The notes below the pieces were generated by a model, which was given only the letters and a program-made list of their open reading frames with translations, did not search any database and was not told where the DNA came from. Of a stretch of DNA of 64,000 nucleotides, positions 50,449 through 64,000 are shown piece after piece. Each line of letters starts with the position of its first letter. Positions within the stretch are counted from its first letter, which is position 1. Source of the stretch: Okamejei kenojei (lineage: Eukaryota); NCBI GenBank assembly GCA_035221665.1, contig CM069159.1, forward strand, positions 19,468,001-19,532,000, in the 5' to 3' direction. A program made the translations under genes and the position numbers.

Positions 50449-53400
50449 TGCTCGATGGGGGCCTATGGCCTTCTCCTGCACGATACTTTGGATATTGTTT
50501 ACTGAGCCGTGATGCTGACTTGCTTATCAAGAACTCTTTCTCATGTTATGTTGTTTACTGCCAATATGGCTCTAGTTCAAGGCAAAAAAATTGTTTTGTT
50601 ATTTGGGAAGTATTAAAAACCTAACCTCCCAATGTGCCACCATACATGGGTCTTTAATTACATGCCAAAAGTTAATGTAACATGCAAGTTGTCTTGGTTC
50701 TAACTCCATTACCATAAAGTCAGTAAGTGTGTTGTGTTTGAAAGATGGGTGCGACCTGGAAATGTCACCTATCAATTGTTATTCCAGAGATGCTGATTGA
50801 CCTGTTGCGTTACTCAAGCACTTTGTGTCCTTTAGTGTTTTAACCAGAATCTGCAGTTCCTTGATTCTACGCTTATTCCTAATTTGCTTGTCAAGGCTGA
50901 TTCGTAGTAAATTAGATTCCCTCAATTTAAGGAATGGCTTAATTTATCATGGCATGCATCAAGTGGAATGTATCTTGCTGAGACTTATCCATTTAATTCA
51001 ACAGCGGCAGTGACACAGTCCAACACTAAATATTCTCCATCGCTAACTCTTTCTCACTCCTCAGAGGTTTCATCTTAAATCTGGAGCGTTCTGCCACTTT
51101 TTCTCGTGGTATTTTAGTTCCAGTGCGATTTGTTAAAATTATCTGGATGTTGGTAATATTGGCTATTTTTTTAGGGGTATTAAAAAGTAACAATGGCCAT
51201 TTTGCATTTTGTATTTTGGTTAGAGTTTGTTTTATATTTTCATTATTATTTTACTTTCCTTATCGACTGACTCGGCGCAGATGAGTAACGCATCTACTCT
51301 CACTGACCTTCAACACAAGGAACTGCACCTGTGTGATTGGCCCTCTGATTTTATCTCTTTTTTTATCCCATGTTTGTTTGGCCCATAGCACAGATCCTAA
51401 TGCTATCTATCAAATTTGCTGTGGACACTACGCAGTGTTGGCTAGCTCCCAAGTAGCTGACAAGTCAGAATGCAGGGTTTAGAACATGTGGTTGAGTGGG
51501 GCCTGCAACGAAATCTCAGGCTTCAACGTCAACAAAATTTAGAAAACTTTTCCTTGACTCATGGTAAGGAGTTGGGAGGCGAAGTGCATGTTTTCATTGT
51601 GCTAGTTCAGTATCCTGAGTGTTTAAAGTTAACTTTCCTGGATGTTAAAGTCTTGGATGATCTGAATGGCCCTTAGCACAGCAGTCTCTCTGTTAATGTT
51701 ACACATGGATTTCTTCTATGAATGATCCGTGCCATTCAGTCTGGAACTCCAGCAGGAAAATTGTGGTTTGTGATTTTTCACAGAGCGGGGTTACATTAGT
51801 AAATGATATTGCAGGAAGCTGTAGCACGTGAAATTTCTTTTAACTTCAATATAATTACAAAGAGGGGATATACGAGGTTCTTATTTGACTCTAGTGCTTC
51901 TCTTTCACAGTTGTTCTTTTCAGGGTTGTCAGTTTTAAATGACTTCAAATTCATGGTAGGTTTTTGTGGATTGGTATGTTACTCAGCCACAATTGATCAT
52001 TGTCTCATTCTTGGTCCTCCGAACCTTTTTTCTCAAATCAGAATATTGGCTTTGTGAAAATAATTGCCTTTCTTCATCTTTACACTTTTGTAAGACATTT
52101 ATGATTTTGAGGGATAATGTAGTTATGTTTTATACCATTGTGGATTTTCTGTCTGAGCTATTCACTGTTTGTATGAAAGGTTTTCTTTATAATCAGAGAT
52201 GACGAGAAAGGTTGACCGTTCCTTATCAGAATCTTATATTGTTGGTTTAACTTACTTTTTACCTGACTGTTGGTTATTGGTGATAAACTTTCCATTGTGC
52301 GGAGCTTTATGTAGCTTATGCCACTCACATGTGGCGCGACTTTGGCACTTTCTGAGGGGTGGGGGGGGGTTTTGTTTTTAAAATTGCCGTTGTTCTCAGT
52401 CGGCAAATCACAATCTTCTAAGGGGATTTCTTGGATGAAGAAATTCGCTCCGACTTGAAGGTTTTTTAAAACTTCGATAGATATTGTATTAGCTTAGAGT
52501 ATTTTAGAAAATATTATTTAAATCCGTGGAGTGCCGACATCGGGATGGATTTTACGTAGGGGAGGAAAATTAAGGTTAACACTGTTTATTTTTACATTTA
52601 ACATACGTGCTTCATTGAAGACTTTATCAAATTTTCATGTTGCGGAATACAGGGGACTTAATTTATATACGTATGGCAAGTGTTTTTCTGCAGACTGTGG
52701 GGTTAATTCAACGCAATTCGAAGCATTCCAATCCACCGCATTCCCTATAATAACACTATCGGCTACGCTGATTTTTATGGACATTTTATTTTCACGTGGT
52801 ATGTTAACTCTAATTTCTTCTGTTTGGCCTTTTTTTGTCGGGACATTGTGATTTTATTATCTTGTTTTTGTGTGTAGTTTTGTGTGAATGTTTTTGGAAC
52901 TTAGGCAATTTTAAAATGTTTATATTTTCTTAAGTAATCGGATTGATGTTTAGATCTAGTATGTGATTTTTGTAATTAGATTCTTTTGGTATCTACTTAT
53001 TATTCGGCTGTATATTTACGGTCATCCAAGGTTAAGTTTGTTTCATTTTTGTTTCAGGAGCTTTAATTCTTGTATAATATGATAATGTCTTTTAAGGTAT
53101 CTTTATTTTTCAGTTATTATGGCTTTTGACTGTCCTAGATCACATCTTTTGTGTTAAGTCAATGAAATACCATTTAGGGAACAAGATGATATTTTACGAG
53201 TATGAACTGGCCATACTTTTTTATATAATGAAGTTTATGAATAGAGATTTAGGTGTCAAAATGACACTTCTTTTTATGATTTTTCTGATGGGTTATATAT
53301 TGCTGAATTGATTTTTTTATATCTATATAAATAGACACCTTTGTTGCTTTGCTTACTGACTGTGGAGTAATGAAAAATACTGAACGAGAGACACTATAGT

Positions 53401-56400
53401 GTCTTCTGTGTACCAAGTCTAAACTTCCAATTCTATAAAAAATGTAAGATATGTGCTTTATTTTATACCATATAATTATAACTCGATGTGCATAACATTT
53501 CTGACTGTGGCGTTCTCCCGATGAGGTAAACATTATTGTGTGATTGTACACTAATAAATATGCAAAAGCAGTGTTTGTCATATGCTTTAATTTCATAAAA
53601 GAGGTACACACTCAGTATTACATGTTAATGGTAATGTTCCTTTGATGTAGATGCGGTAAGTTATAATAAATCTTATTATTGTTTTCAGTGTGTTTTATGT
53701 TTTCTAAAATAATGCTTTTTATGATAAGGTAGACAAATATGATGGTGTAACTCAAGCGGGTGAGGGCAGCATTTCTAAGAGTGAAGGAAATAGGGCTACA
53801 TTTTGGGTTCGACCAGAAAACGTTGACTATTTCCTTTGAATGCAATGGAAGCTGAGCTTTGTTATTCTTTGTAAAAACACTCTTCCTGACAAATGCAATG
53901 ATAGACCTTATGGAGGCTTACGATCTTTAGCGAGGAGGAGCAGGTGGTGGGAGAGATCAGGAAAATGGTCAAACAAGTTTGCCACAAATGTCAATTTCAT
54001 ATATTACACTCTAAATGGGGGGGGGGGGGAGAACTGAACATCTGTTGCAAGTACTTTTTAGCCAATCTGTGGTAATAAACTTCAAAACATTGTCAGTCAT
54101 TTAGATCCATCTCCTTTGGTACTTTATTGGGACTCTTGATATAAAGTAAAAAAAAAACAAATAACTAAAGCTATCCACGAGAATAAGCCATCTCTGTATT
54201 ACCTTTCAGCTGAGAGCACAAGATCATGTGAGAAAATTATTTATTAGATTGGGAATGGAAAAGTTACATTTACCAAAGAAAGAAAATTCCATCTTGTTAA
54301 AAAATTTTAAAATACACTAAGTGTTTTTTGCTGGAGCACCGAACAGGTCAGGCTTTCAGCAATCACTGGAGAACATGGATAGGCAACATTTTTTGGGTGT
54401 GAGGACAATTCTCAGATTGTCGAGAAGGAGTTGGTCGATTGTGAGAAACAAAGACTGTTTGATGTAAACCAACAAAGGGCAGGCATTGGGTGGGGAGTCC
54501 ATGCGAGTGCCCATGGCGACAAATTTAACTTGAAGAATGTGCAAGGATTAAAAAAGAGTAATTGAGAGCGAAAAAGATTCACCAGGTGGAGAGGATGTTA
54601 GTGGAGGGAAACTGAAATTTGGTCTCTCTGGTTAGGGAAAAAAAGTGGAGGCCATGAGACTGGTGGGGGATGGAAGTGTAATAAAGGTAAATCCTCTTGT
54701 TCCTCAAGAAATGACATTTTTGTCTTCAGGAATACACCAGGATATTGGGGTTTCTACAAGAGGGCGTAACAGAAAGATTTCTAATGGACCTCTGTAAAAC
54801 TATCATGTCGATAATTCAGAAGTAATTATGTTTTCTTTTTTGGGATATTATCATTTTCCGGAGAGTCTTTTTTGGCCAATCTGCGTTTGGTTCCTGTGTT
54901 TGCTTTGAGGTTCCTAAGTGATAAGACAAAGAGCAAAGTTGTGTGAAGGAATATTGTTCCCAAATTAATCTGTGATGCTACAATTTTGAAGAACCCCCGA
55001 GGAATATAAATCCCAGATGTGTGTTTTCACAGCTTTCTTCCTCAACACAACAACCAACTTGTCACTCCACCAATCCATTTTACTTTTTTAGTAAAAAGCC
55101 TTAGGTTATTTACAATTTCAAACATCAGTACAAGCAAATTTACTAAAGTTAATGAATTTTCTCAACTATAAAGAATGGACAAAGGCGTGCCCGTATTCTA
55201 TGATTTATCTTCTGAAACTACTTTCAAGTGATATCATCTAGGATCAATTTTGGACACCCTTTTTTCCACTCATGTGATAGATATCAGTTAACTCAAATTT
55301 TATCATTTTCTATTTATCTGTTTTGCACTTATGGCCATGTTTATCCTAGTTTTTCAGCATGGCCCGGATGTGTATATCAATGAAACATTGGAAGTTAAAT
55401 GCAATTACAAATACTTTAATTGCAATAATGGCATTGAGTACAAAGAGCGACACATTTGGTTCCATATTGCATACGAGTCTGGGGTGGGACTGCATTCTCA
55501 AATATATGTACTGGTCTGGTTTTCCCAATCCTTGAAGAAAGGAATTTTATGTGATGAAGAGAGAGTAGTTGATTCCTGGAATGGTGGCATTGTCATGAGG
55601 ATAGAGCATTAGGCAGACTGGGCCTATTACCATTATATTATATGTGGTACTTTGTGAGTTGCATTGAGGCATTAAAAGTTATTATCACTGGGGTAAAGTG
55701 AGATGATAGTTTCCCCAAGACGAGCATGTTCGGAACCAGCATTTACAGTCTCACAATAAGGAGGGTCACCATTCTGACAGGAAGGTAGAAACAAGGTCCA
55801 TTCACCTTGAGGAAGATAAAGGTGTTTAAAATTCTTACCTGGGTGGAGGCTTAGTCAGTCGAGAGAGATAGATGGGGAGATTTTTGGGATAATTAGGGAT
55901 ATGCAAGGAAGTTGTATTGAGATAAATTTCTAGCAAATGATCTTATTGAAGAGTTGAACAGGTGCAAGGGACCAATGGCCTGCATGTGTTCTTGTGTGAT
56001 GTGCAGATTGAATGTGAATGTTTGCAGCTTCTGGTACACTTTTTTGTCCATCATCAAGGCCATAAAAATTGACTCGCTGTCTGCACCAGCCGCAGCTGAC
56101 CTTGAGCCCGTGATCTGACAAATCTCTCATCTGAATCTTTTATTTACTTTCAGATGGGGCTGTTGGCAATGCTCTCTGACCAGCCCCTTGGGCTTCTCTC
56201 ACACTGTGGTTCAGCCAAACCATGGTGGTTGAAGCATTTGGTCCTTACACTAAACCTTATTCCCTTTATTGTGTATCTATACACTGTGGATGGCTTGATA
56301 GCAATCATGTATTGTCTTTCTGCTCACTAGTTAAATTTTCACTTGTTACCCGATCTGAGTTTCAAACTTTTTACCTCATTCCTTGCTCCTTGCTGTAGTA

Positions 56401-59400
56401 AACCTGCTTACTACTTAATGCATGTATATTATTGGAGAAAAAATGTTGATTCATCATTTGTATAAATAAAAAAGATAAAAGGTACTAGTTGAATGCTTAC
56501 CTCCATTTTGCAGAAGCAGTCCGAATCTATACAATAAAATGTGACACATTATTAGGGAAATTCTCCCATATCGTGTTCATTTTTTTTTATCATCTGGAAT
56601 TGATTTTCATAATCTAGAAAATTTGGATTTTATTCAATGACTTGACACATTTGACACTGGCAAACAGCCTGGTGGAGAGGTTTCCAACGGAAGCTCAAGG
56701 CAGCTCTGAAGGCGCGACCCTCAGCCCTGGACTGGAATGGAAGCACTGATGTGGTCTTGTTGGGCATCCCGAACTGCGCCTTAAGGAGTATGGGCTCAAG
56801 TTCAGCAGGGTGAGCTCGTTTTAGGGTCGCCGCTCACGGTGCACCGGGGTGTTTGTTCCCTCGGCGCCGGGAGGGACGGCCCTCTGGGTCCACCCTACAT
56901 ACAGAACGGCCCTGTGCACTTACGAGTGAGTTGGCAGGCCACGCGCCCGTGTGATTGACCCGCCTTGGGAACATTCCGCCCCCGCACGTGCCATCCGCCT
57001 TTGGGTTGACTGCCCCTTGTTTTTTCTGTGTGCTGTTGGACGCCCACCGGTGGTCCAGAGGCAGTATGAGGGCCCGTTCCAAATTGCTGGACGCATTGAG
57101 GACGACCTTTGGAATTGGGGGGCCGGCCGGGAGGCCATGTTGATTGACCCGGTTTTTTTTAAAGCCGGCAGGACAATTTGGGACATTGGACCAGCGGGTG
57201 CTGGTTGCCCAGCCTCGTCCGTGAGATCGCCCCTCTTTGCATGCTCCCTCTACTGATCCTCACCTGTGCTCCTGCAGCCCCGCTGTTGGCCGACTTACCG
57301 TACCGCGGTACCGGTCGGGTTGTACGCCCGCCAGTGCATTTTGTGCCTCCTGTTCTGGGGGGGGAGCTGGTGACGGCTCCCAAGGGTCAGGCTATTCCTC
57401 TCATCGAACCCCTCGGCTGGGAATGAACTAGTTGGGGGCGCCCCTTAGCGAACATCGGTGTTAAAGGACAGGGGTTTATATACGACGATTTTTTTTTTCT
57501 TGCATGACCGACTGGACAGAGATTCAACAAGCGAATAAAATATCTCCCCCGTTTAAACACCCGGCTCCTTGCCTTCATTTCGGGCTTATCGCCGCGCTAC
57601 ACCATCAACCTTTCAAATTTTGACTCAACTGTTCTACATTGAGTAGAATGCTCATCCATCATTTTTGTAGGACCATCTCTCTGAGTATTGCATGTTGCCA
57701 CACTCTATTCAACTGTAATAATGGAGCTGACCATCGTAGGAATACTTTATTCCATTGGTATCGTACCTTGAATTAATTTGTCACTTCCCAAAAATTCTTT
57801 CATTTCAATAAATAAATTATCACATTCAAGTGGGGAATGTTTCGGGGAAATATAACAGCAGATGGTTGGTTTAAATCGAAAGATAGACACAAAATTTGCT
57901 GGTTGAGTAACTCAGCGGGACAGGCTGCATCTCTGGATGTGATGAAACAGTCTGATGAAGGGTCTCAACCCAATTGTCGCATTTCATTCTCTTCAGAGAT
58001 GCTGCCTGTCCCGCCGGAGTTACTCCAGCATTTTGTGTGTACTACCTAAGTGGTGGAGTGTTAACAGCTATTCTTTCTTCTGCTTACATTTAGTTTGTTT
58101 ACTGTTAATTATATCGTTCCTGCAGCTGTGCAGTTACAAAATCACAGTCATCATGAAGATTGGCAAGTTTGCATTAATCGGACAGGGAATGATCTGGAAG
58201 ACAACAAAATGGTGGGTTTCTTGTGGTTTGCATCAGTATAAAAGGACGCTGGCAATATCAGTTTTAAATTGTACTTCCTTGCGAATCGATTCAGGGGCAG
58301 TATTAACTATCATTGAATTGCAAATTAATTTCTCATTAATCAGCTGTTATGTATTCTCCATGCCATTATTTGTCAGATAGGATTGTACCAGCCCATCTAG
58401 GTTTTAGATTCTTTTTGCCATGTTCACCGAGGTACAGTGAAGAGCGTTGTTTTGGATGACATCAAAGATCACATTAAATACAATACGCTTATCAAACTCA
58501 AGCACAATAAATTAAGAGCAAAGGAGATAGTTGATTAGGGAAGATGCAAAGTGCAGAATATAGTTCTCAGCATTGTAGCACATCAGTTTCATAGACAAAG
58601 CCCATGATAGTAAGTTTGCAGATGATATCAAGATTGCTGGGCTCACGGACTGTGAAGAAGGATGCCAAGTTTACATTATTTTGGCTGCTTTTGTGAGGCA
58701 GAGTGGAGTGTAGATGGAATCAATAGTGGGAAGTCTGGTCTGTATGATGGTCTGGGTACATCTACTATTCTCTGCCATTTCTTGCAGCCTGGGCAGAACT
58801 GCTCCAAAACCAAGATGTGTTGCAACCCAACAGTAAGGATTCTATGGTGCTTTTGTGGAAGTTTGTAAGAGTCATTGAATAATATTATTTTATAAGAGTC
58901 ATTGAACTAATAATTTTAAAGGCAAGAAAATTGAAGATCTCAAACATTTCCGCTTCATGGATGGTGATTTGGGCATGTTTTGCACCACACTTTCAGACAT
59001 TGATAACAAGCTCACTCATCTTGTGAACATTGAGGGAAAGGTTATTGTCGATTTGTATAGACTTCTGTCCATATTTTAACAACACCATTTTACTAAGTAC
59101 TTCTTCCTTTGCCTTGTCATTGTTCATGATCCAGCCACACCTACTGGAGTCATCTGCAAATTTGTGGATGGATGGATTTTGAACCAATTTGGCCGTACAG
59201 TCGTTAGTGTATCTGGAGTACGTAAAAGGGACTGAAAAAAAAGCATCCTTGCAGGGCACTGATATTTGACAATTTATTGTGGGAGGTGTTGTCAGATTGT
59301 TGTCTGGGCCATCAGAAAATCAAGACTCATTGAAAGAATCCAAATGTTATTGATTTACTGCAATCCATTCAAATACGTGCAGTTAAGACTCGTATACTCA

Positions 59401-60594
59401 TTTGTATAATGTTGTCATTTAAAGTGAGAGGGGGGAAAGTTTATTGGATAAGTGAGGGGCAAGTTTTTTTTTGCATAATGTGGTGGGGGCCTGGAACACA
59501 CTGCCAGGGCTTGTGGTGGAGGCAGCTACGATAGTGGTGTTTAAGAGGCTTTTGGATAGGCACATGGATATGCAGGGGATGGAGTGATATGGATCTTGTA
59601 CAGTCAGATGAGATCAGTTTAACTTGGCATCATGTTTGGCACAGAAATTGTGATATACTCTTCTATTTTAATAGCTGACATATCTGACCACCTTAGAATA
59701 TTAATATTAATATAAAAATACCATTAATGTTAATTTGTGATTCCAATGTTCGATTGTTCTCATTGACATTAATTCATTCCATCACCAATGTACTTACCCT
59801 CTGAAGTGGGGATGCTTATATAGATGAATGCAATTCAGGCTGCTTCATGTATGGTTCACATAGGCAAAATATGGCAACCGAGCCTTCCTTTCAAGAACTA
59901 GAGAGCTGTTCTATAGCTGCTATCTACCTCATTGGAGACCCTTGGACTATTTTTTAATTGGTCTTTAACTGGACTTTATCTTGCAAAACGAATACATATT
60001 CACTCTATTCCATTTATCATGCATCCATCTGTACAGTGTGGGATGGCTCGATTGTAATCATGTATTGTCGTTTGCTGACTGGAAGACCGCAGTGTTAGAA
60101 TTATCATTGATTTGGCAGGAGCCACAGTTGTTACAGGAATCTGATTTTGCACATCACCCCTCTATAAATTAACAAATTAGAAAAATATTGTGATTTTGGC
60201 CAATATAATGGTACTTACTTTTCCAATCTGATGTCAGGTATACTCTCACAGATAATTCTTTGTCACCATATGCATTGGAAGCTTTGCAGATATACTTTCC
60301 ATTGAAGGAATCATCAATCTTCTCTTTCTGCAGAATTGAATGACTTAATCCATTATCAAATTGTATCCTTTCAGTTTGCTCTCCTGATTTCATCCAGATG
60401 ACCTTGGATTACTGTCCGTGGTACAATTTAGTTGAAGATACGACTGAGGTTCAACATAGATGATGTCTTGGAGCAGAGGCTGCAATTGATGCGCAATGGA
60501 ATTCCTGTAATGTATTGCTGGCTGTGGACCATCTCAATCAGAACAGTGAAAAAAAAGGCCCCCCCCCCCCCCCCCCCCCCCCCATTAGTCACAA

Positions 60595-60625
<31 letters not shown>

Positions 60626-63600
60626 TCAGCTTCAATCAAAGCTTTGAATAAGTACACCTGTCACCCCTTGGTATTTGTGCCTCATTTTTAACCTGTTATT
60701 TAAAATAGATTTTGTATATTTGAAATAACATTTTGATTAACAATACTGAATGTTTTATAAAAATTGTGGAGGTTATTTGGCCAATTACTCCAGTGTTGGC
60801 ATAAAAGAGTCCAGATTTGCCCATAGGGGGCTTGTCTTGCCATACAAGCCTCCATCACAAGAGTGTGGCCACGTACTAAGTGAAAAAACAGCACCTAATG
60901 TTCTGCTCGGGTAGCTTACACCCCAATGGCATGACATTGGATTCTTCAATTGACAGTTATACTTTTCCTACGCCCTTTGGCCTAATGGGTGGCTTCAGAA
61001 CCAACATGGGCCATGAGAAGTGAATGCAAATCAGACTGGCAATTAATCCAAGAGTTGCCATGACAGTTCAAGATTTGATGGTTTGTTTGGATCAGTGGTG
61101 GTGAGGAAAGGCAGCAAGCTTAATAGTTGACTGATAAGAAGTGCAATTGTATACAGTACTGTCTGAGTTTGTGACATTTGAACATCCCTGTTAGATTTTA
61201 GCAACGTGCAGGTTATCTCAATTTGGTCTCCACTACATTGGAGGAACCAAATGCAGATGGTGTTGTAGTTTTGATGAGCACCTGCACTCAGTGGCTTGGT
61301 AGATATCCCCAGCTTCCTAGTATTTTCCACTTTAATTCCCAATTCTACATCTATTCTGACCTGGAAATCAGTGGCCTGCTCCACTCCCAGTAGCGACGCC
61401 CGACATAAACTAGAACAACATCTTATCATCTGTTGAGTACTTTTGCAATTTTCTGGAATGAATATTACATTTTCCAACTTCAGATACTGCTCTCCTATTG
61501 TGTCCTTATGTTCCTTTCTCAAACACTTCATTTGAACAGTCATGCTCCTTAATATCTGATCTTTCTTAAATTATCTCCATTGTCTTGCCCCTCATTCTCC
61601 CTCCAGCTCTGCTTTGTAAACTGTCAACCCTGCACTCCAGTAGAGTTACTGCAGCAGTAGAGTTGCTGCCTTACAATGGCAGAGATCCAGGTTCGATCCT
61701 GATGTAGGGTGCTCTATACTGAATTTGTACGTCCTCCCCGTGACCTGCGTGGGTTTTCTCCGAGATCTTCAGTTTCCTCCCATACTCCAAAGATGTACAG
61801 ATTTGTGGGTAGGCTTGGTATAAATGTAAATTGTATAAATGTAAACTGTGCCTAATGTGTGTAGCAGTGTGTTAATGTGTGGGGATAGCTGGTAGGCGCA
61901 GACTCAGTGGGTCGACGGGCCTGTTTCCATGCTGTATTTCTAAACAAAACTAAACTCTCTCCAGCCTCAACCATTTCCAAGGAAGGGTCTGATGAATCAA
62001 ATTTATTTGTTTCTCTTACATCTGGACTGGGTGAGTTTTTCCAACATTTTGGTTCATGTTTCAGGTTTTAACATCTGTAGTTTTATGCATTAACTTCCTT
62101 AACTTTCTTCATTCAACTTAGTAAAATTCCACCTTCTTCAATCTTTCTGCAAGAACTGCATTCCTAAAACACTGTAATTATTCAAACAAATGTTTTTTCT
62201 CGCCTCTAGATCCTTGCTGAAATGGATAGCTAGAAATGTCCACCATGTTCCAGCTAACTCAATAATTGAGATTGAGAAAAGCATTGTTGAAATTTGTTAC
62301 CAGATAGAAGTATTTGCTATGTGGTCCATGGACTATAAATCTTTGCAGGAATCAATAGGAGTGACAACATGCCTCATTGGGTGATGTTCTATCCCATTGT
62401 CACCAGCCATGCTGTTTCGCTACATTTACAACATTGCATAGCTATCAGCATGGATTACTCACCAGGTAGGTCCCATTCAAAAATAATTAATTACAAACTG
62501 TTAACTCTCAATCATCAGCAATGTCCATGAAAAGTAATGTTGGCATTGTTATCCTATGGAACGTGCTCACTTGTAGCCTACACCCTAGTGCTTAGTTTGG
62601 ATTTTGATAGAACCACTTCATTTCACACCACATCCTGGCCAAATTTTCTAAGACTACAAGATCCAGAAGACCTTCACTACAGTCAATGTGAAAAACAGTC
62701 AAAGCTGCATTTCAGACTGAATAAATCAAGGTGGGAGGACAGTTTAATGATGTATCCATTTCTGACATTACCTAGTTATTTAAAAGGCTAGGTGAAATAC
62801 TTAGAACTTAGCCCATGTCCATGGTATGTAATTGGAAATTGTAATGAAAGAGCATAAAATAAACATACTTACAATTAACATTGAGTGTTATGTGTTGCAT
62901 TGTCCACTCTTTGCTTGTTGCATGAAGGACCTGACAAGTACAAACTGTCCTGTGGTCTTGCAAGGTGGGAGTAAAACTAATTTGACTTGTTGCGTTAAAT
63001 GAGCCATCAGAGTTCCTGGAGGGGGAGAGTTTTGTGGTAATATTAACATCTGGTTTTGTAGCTTGAGTGTTGTGAAGAAGTTGCCATCGCATTGTGATGT
63101 TCTCAGGATAAAATCCCCATGCATGGCAGTACAAAACAGATGCTTTCTCTGCTATTAAATCTCCCTGAGTCATTAGAATTTTTGGTGTAGATTCTGGGAC
63201 TGTAACAAATAACATGAAACAAAGTTATATGCTGCGCTATATACTTACATACTTATCCTTTCGTGCTAAATTTAAAAAAAACAAAGCATGTTAATTAGCA
63301 TTTGTCCACTTAATGTATATAGGTCTGAAGAAGGGTCTTGACCTGAAACATCACCCATTCCTTCTCTCCAGAGATGCTGCCTGTCCCCCTGTGTTACATC
63401 AGCTTGTGTGTCTATCTTTAATGTAAAAAGCAATTCCACTTCAGTAAGTGTGAATCAGAAATATTATTTTTACCTGGTGATAACCAATGTCTTGTAGACC
63501 CACATAAAAGCCTTTCCATGAGTGTTATAAATTGTATTGTTAATTGTTAACTTGGACACAGAGCATGACCTACTCTGCTTTGGCCCCCTTTGGTTATGGC

Positions 63601-64000
63601 TGACTTTGGGTGTCTCCAGGATGTCATTCCCTCTATGGGGACGCCTGTGCATGACTTTGTTTAACGTGGGGAGACTGTTGCACAGACAGCCACCCCACAG
63701 TCCTTGACAGATCTGGGTCAGGATCCAGTGGCATGGAGTCCAAGACGACCGGAGACCCTTTGCTACTGCAGCCTTCATCCGCCTTCCCAGCTGTTGTGAC
63801 GCTCCCAAAATGTCAGCCATCATCCTCCGCCTGTTCCACTGTTGAGGACTTGGTTGGATTGCTCCTTGCCCACTATTGTTTTTGATATAATCTATATTAA
63901 GCCAAAGACCTCTCAGGGCATATGTTGGAAGGGACACAAAAAGCTGGAGTAACTCAGTGGGTCAGACAACATCTCTGGAGAAGGAACAGGTGACATTTCG
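50449..64000 (+). repeat. Second copy of 29455-42622 (probable false duplication / overlapping contig end)
   Basis: Collinear over >13 kb, including all repeats and exons. Indel density is highest next to the gap, and long poly-C/G runs are inserted (e.g. ~54017, ~60559, ~60598). Confidence 0.9.
62873..63199 (-). CDS. Ig C1-set domain exon (intact copy; error-ridden copy at 41468-41801)
   Basis: PESTPKI...SVLYCHAWGFYPENITMRW...RNSDGSFNATSQISFTPT.QD..TVCTCQVLHATS...ITLNVN. C1 hallmarks GFYP-x-x-I-x-x-x-W, N-x-DG-x-F and C-x-V-x-H. 327 nt, phase 1/1, AG...GTAAGT. Confidence 0.92.

Noticed and set aside
49885-50530. Long ORFs of 198 and 209 aa
   Set aside because: Consist almost entirely of translated N gap.
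60559-60626. Poly-proline ORF 60432-60647 / possible G-quadruplex tracts
   Set aside because: The poly-C runs are absent from the matching copy (~39215-39232), so they are probably long-read artefacts.
63249-63265. Apparent minus-strand micro-exon (ARKDKY) just upstream of the C1 exon
   Set aside because: Would leave a 49-nt intron and a phase mismatch with the C1 exon.

Overview
Eukaryotic, repeat-rich genomic DNA, most likely from a cartilaginous fish (skate/ray-type CR1, tRNA-SINE and Penelope-derived repeats; this is an inference). Most ORFs in the ORF track are transposon debris or chance ORFs. Reading splice signals by eye reveals two convergent, multi-exon immunoglobulin-superfamily genes that the ORF track only partly shows. 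(1) Plus strand, 6017-21115: a 165-aa protein with a signal peptide, one IgV domain that has Gly in place of the canonical F-strand Cys and an extra G-strand Cys, two mini-exons, and a hydrophobic C-terminus resembling a GPI signal. A leaderless, about 97% identical copy of the V exon lies upstream at 3384-3692. (2) Minus strand, about 49010 down to 33666 and possibly to 25417: a V(J-like)-C1-C2-TM receptor with a juxtamembrane CxC motif, whose C2 exon is frameshifted. A DIRS tyrosine-recombinase retrotransposon sits in its V-C1 intron. The sequence after the 500-N gap (50449-64000) repeats 29455-42622, and errors rise toward the gap on both sides. This is most likely a false duplication from unmerged contig or haplotype ends, so the minus-strand gene has to be pieced together from both copies. 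Short Penelope-type repeats carrying minimal hammerhead-ribozyme cores are scattered throughout. All gene models were built manually and have no transcript support.
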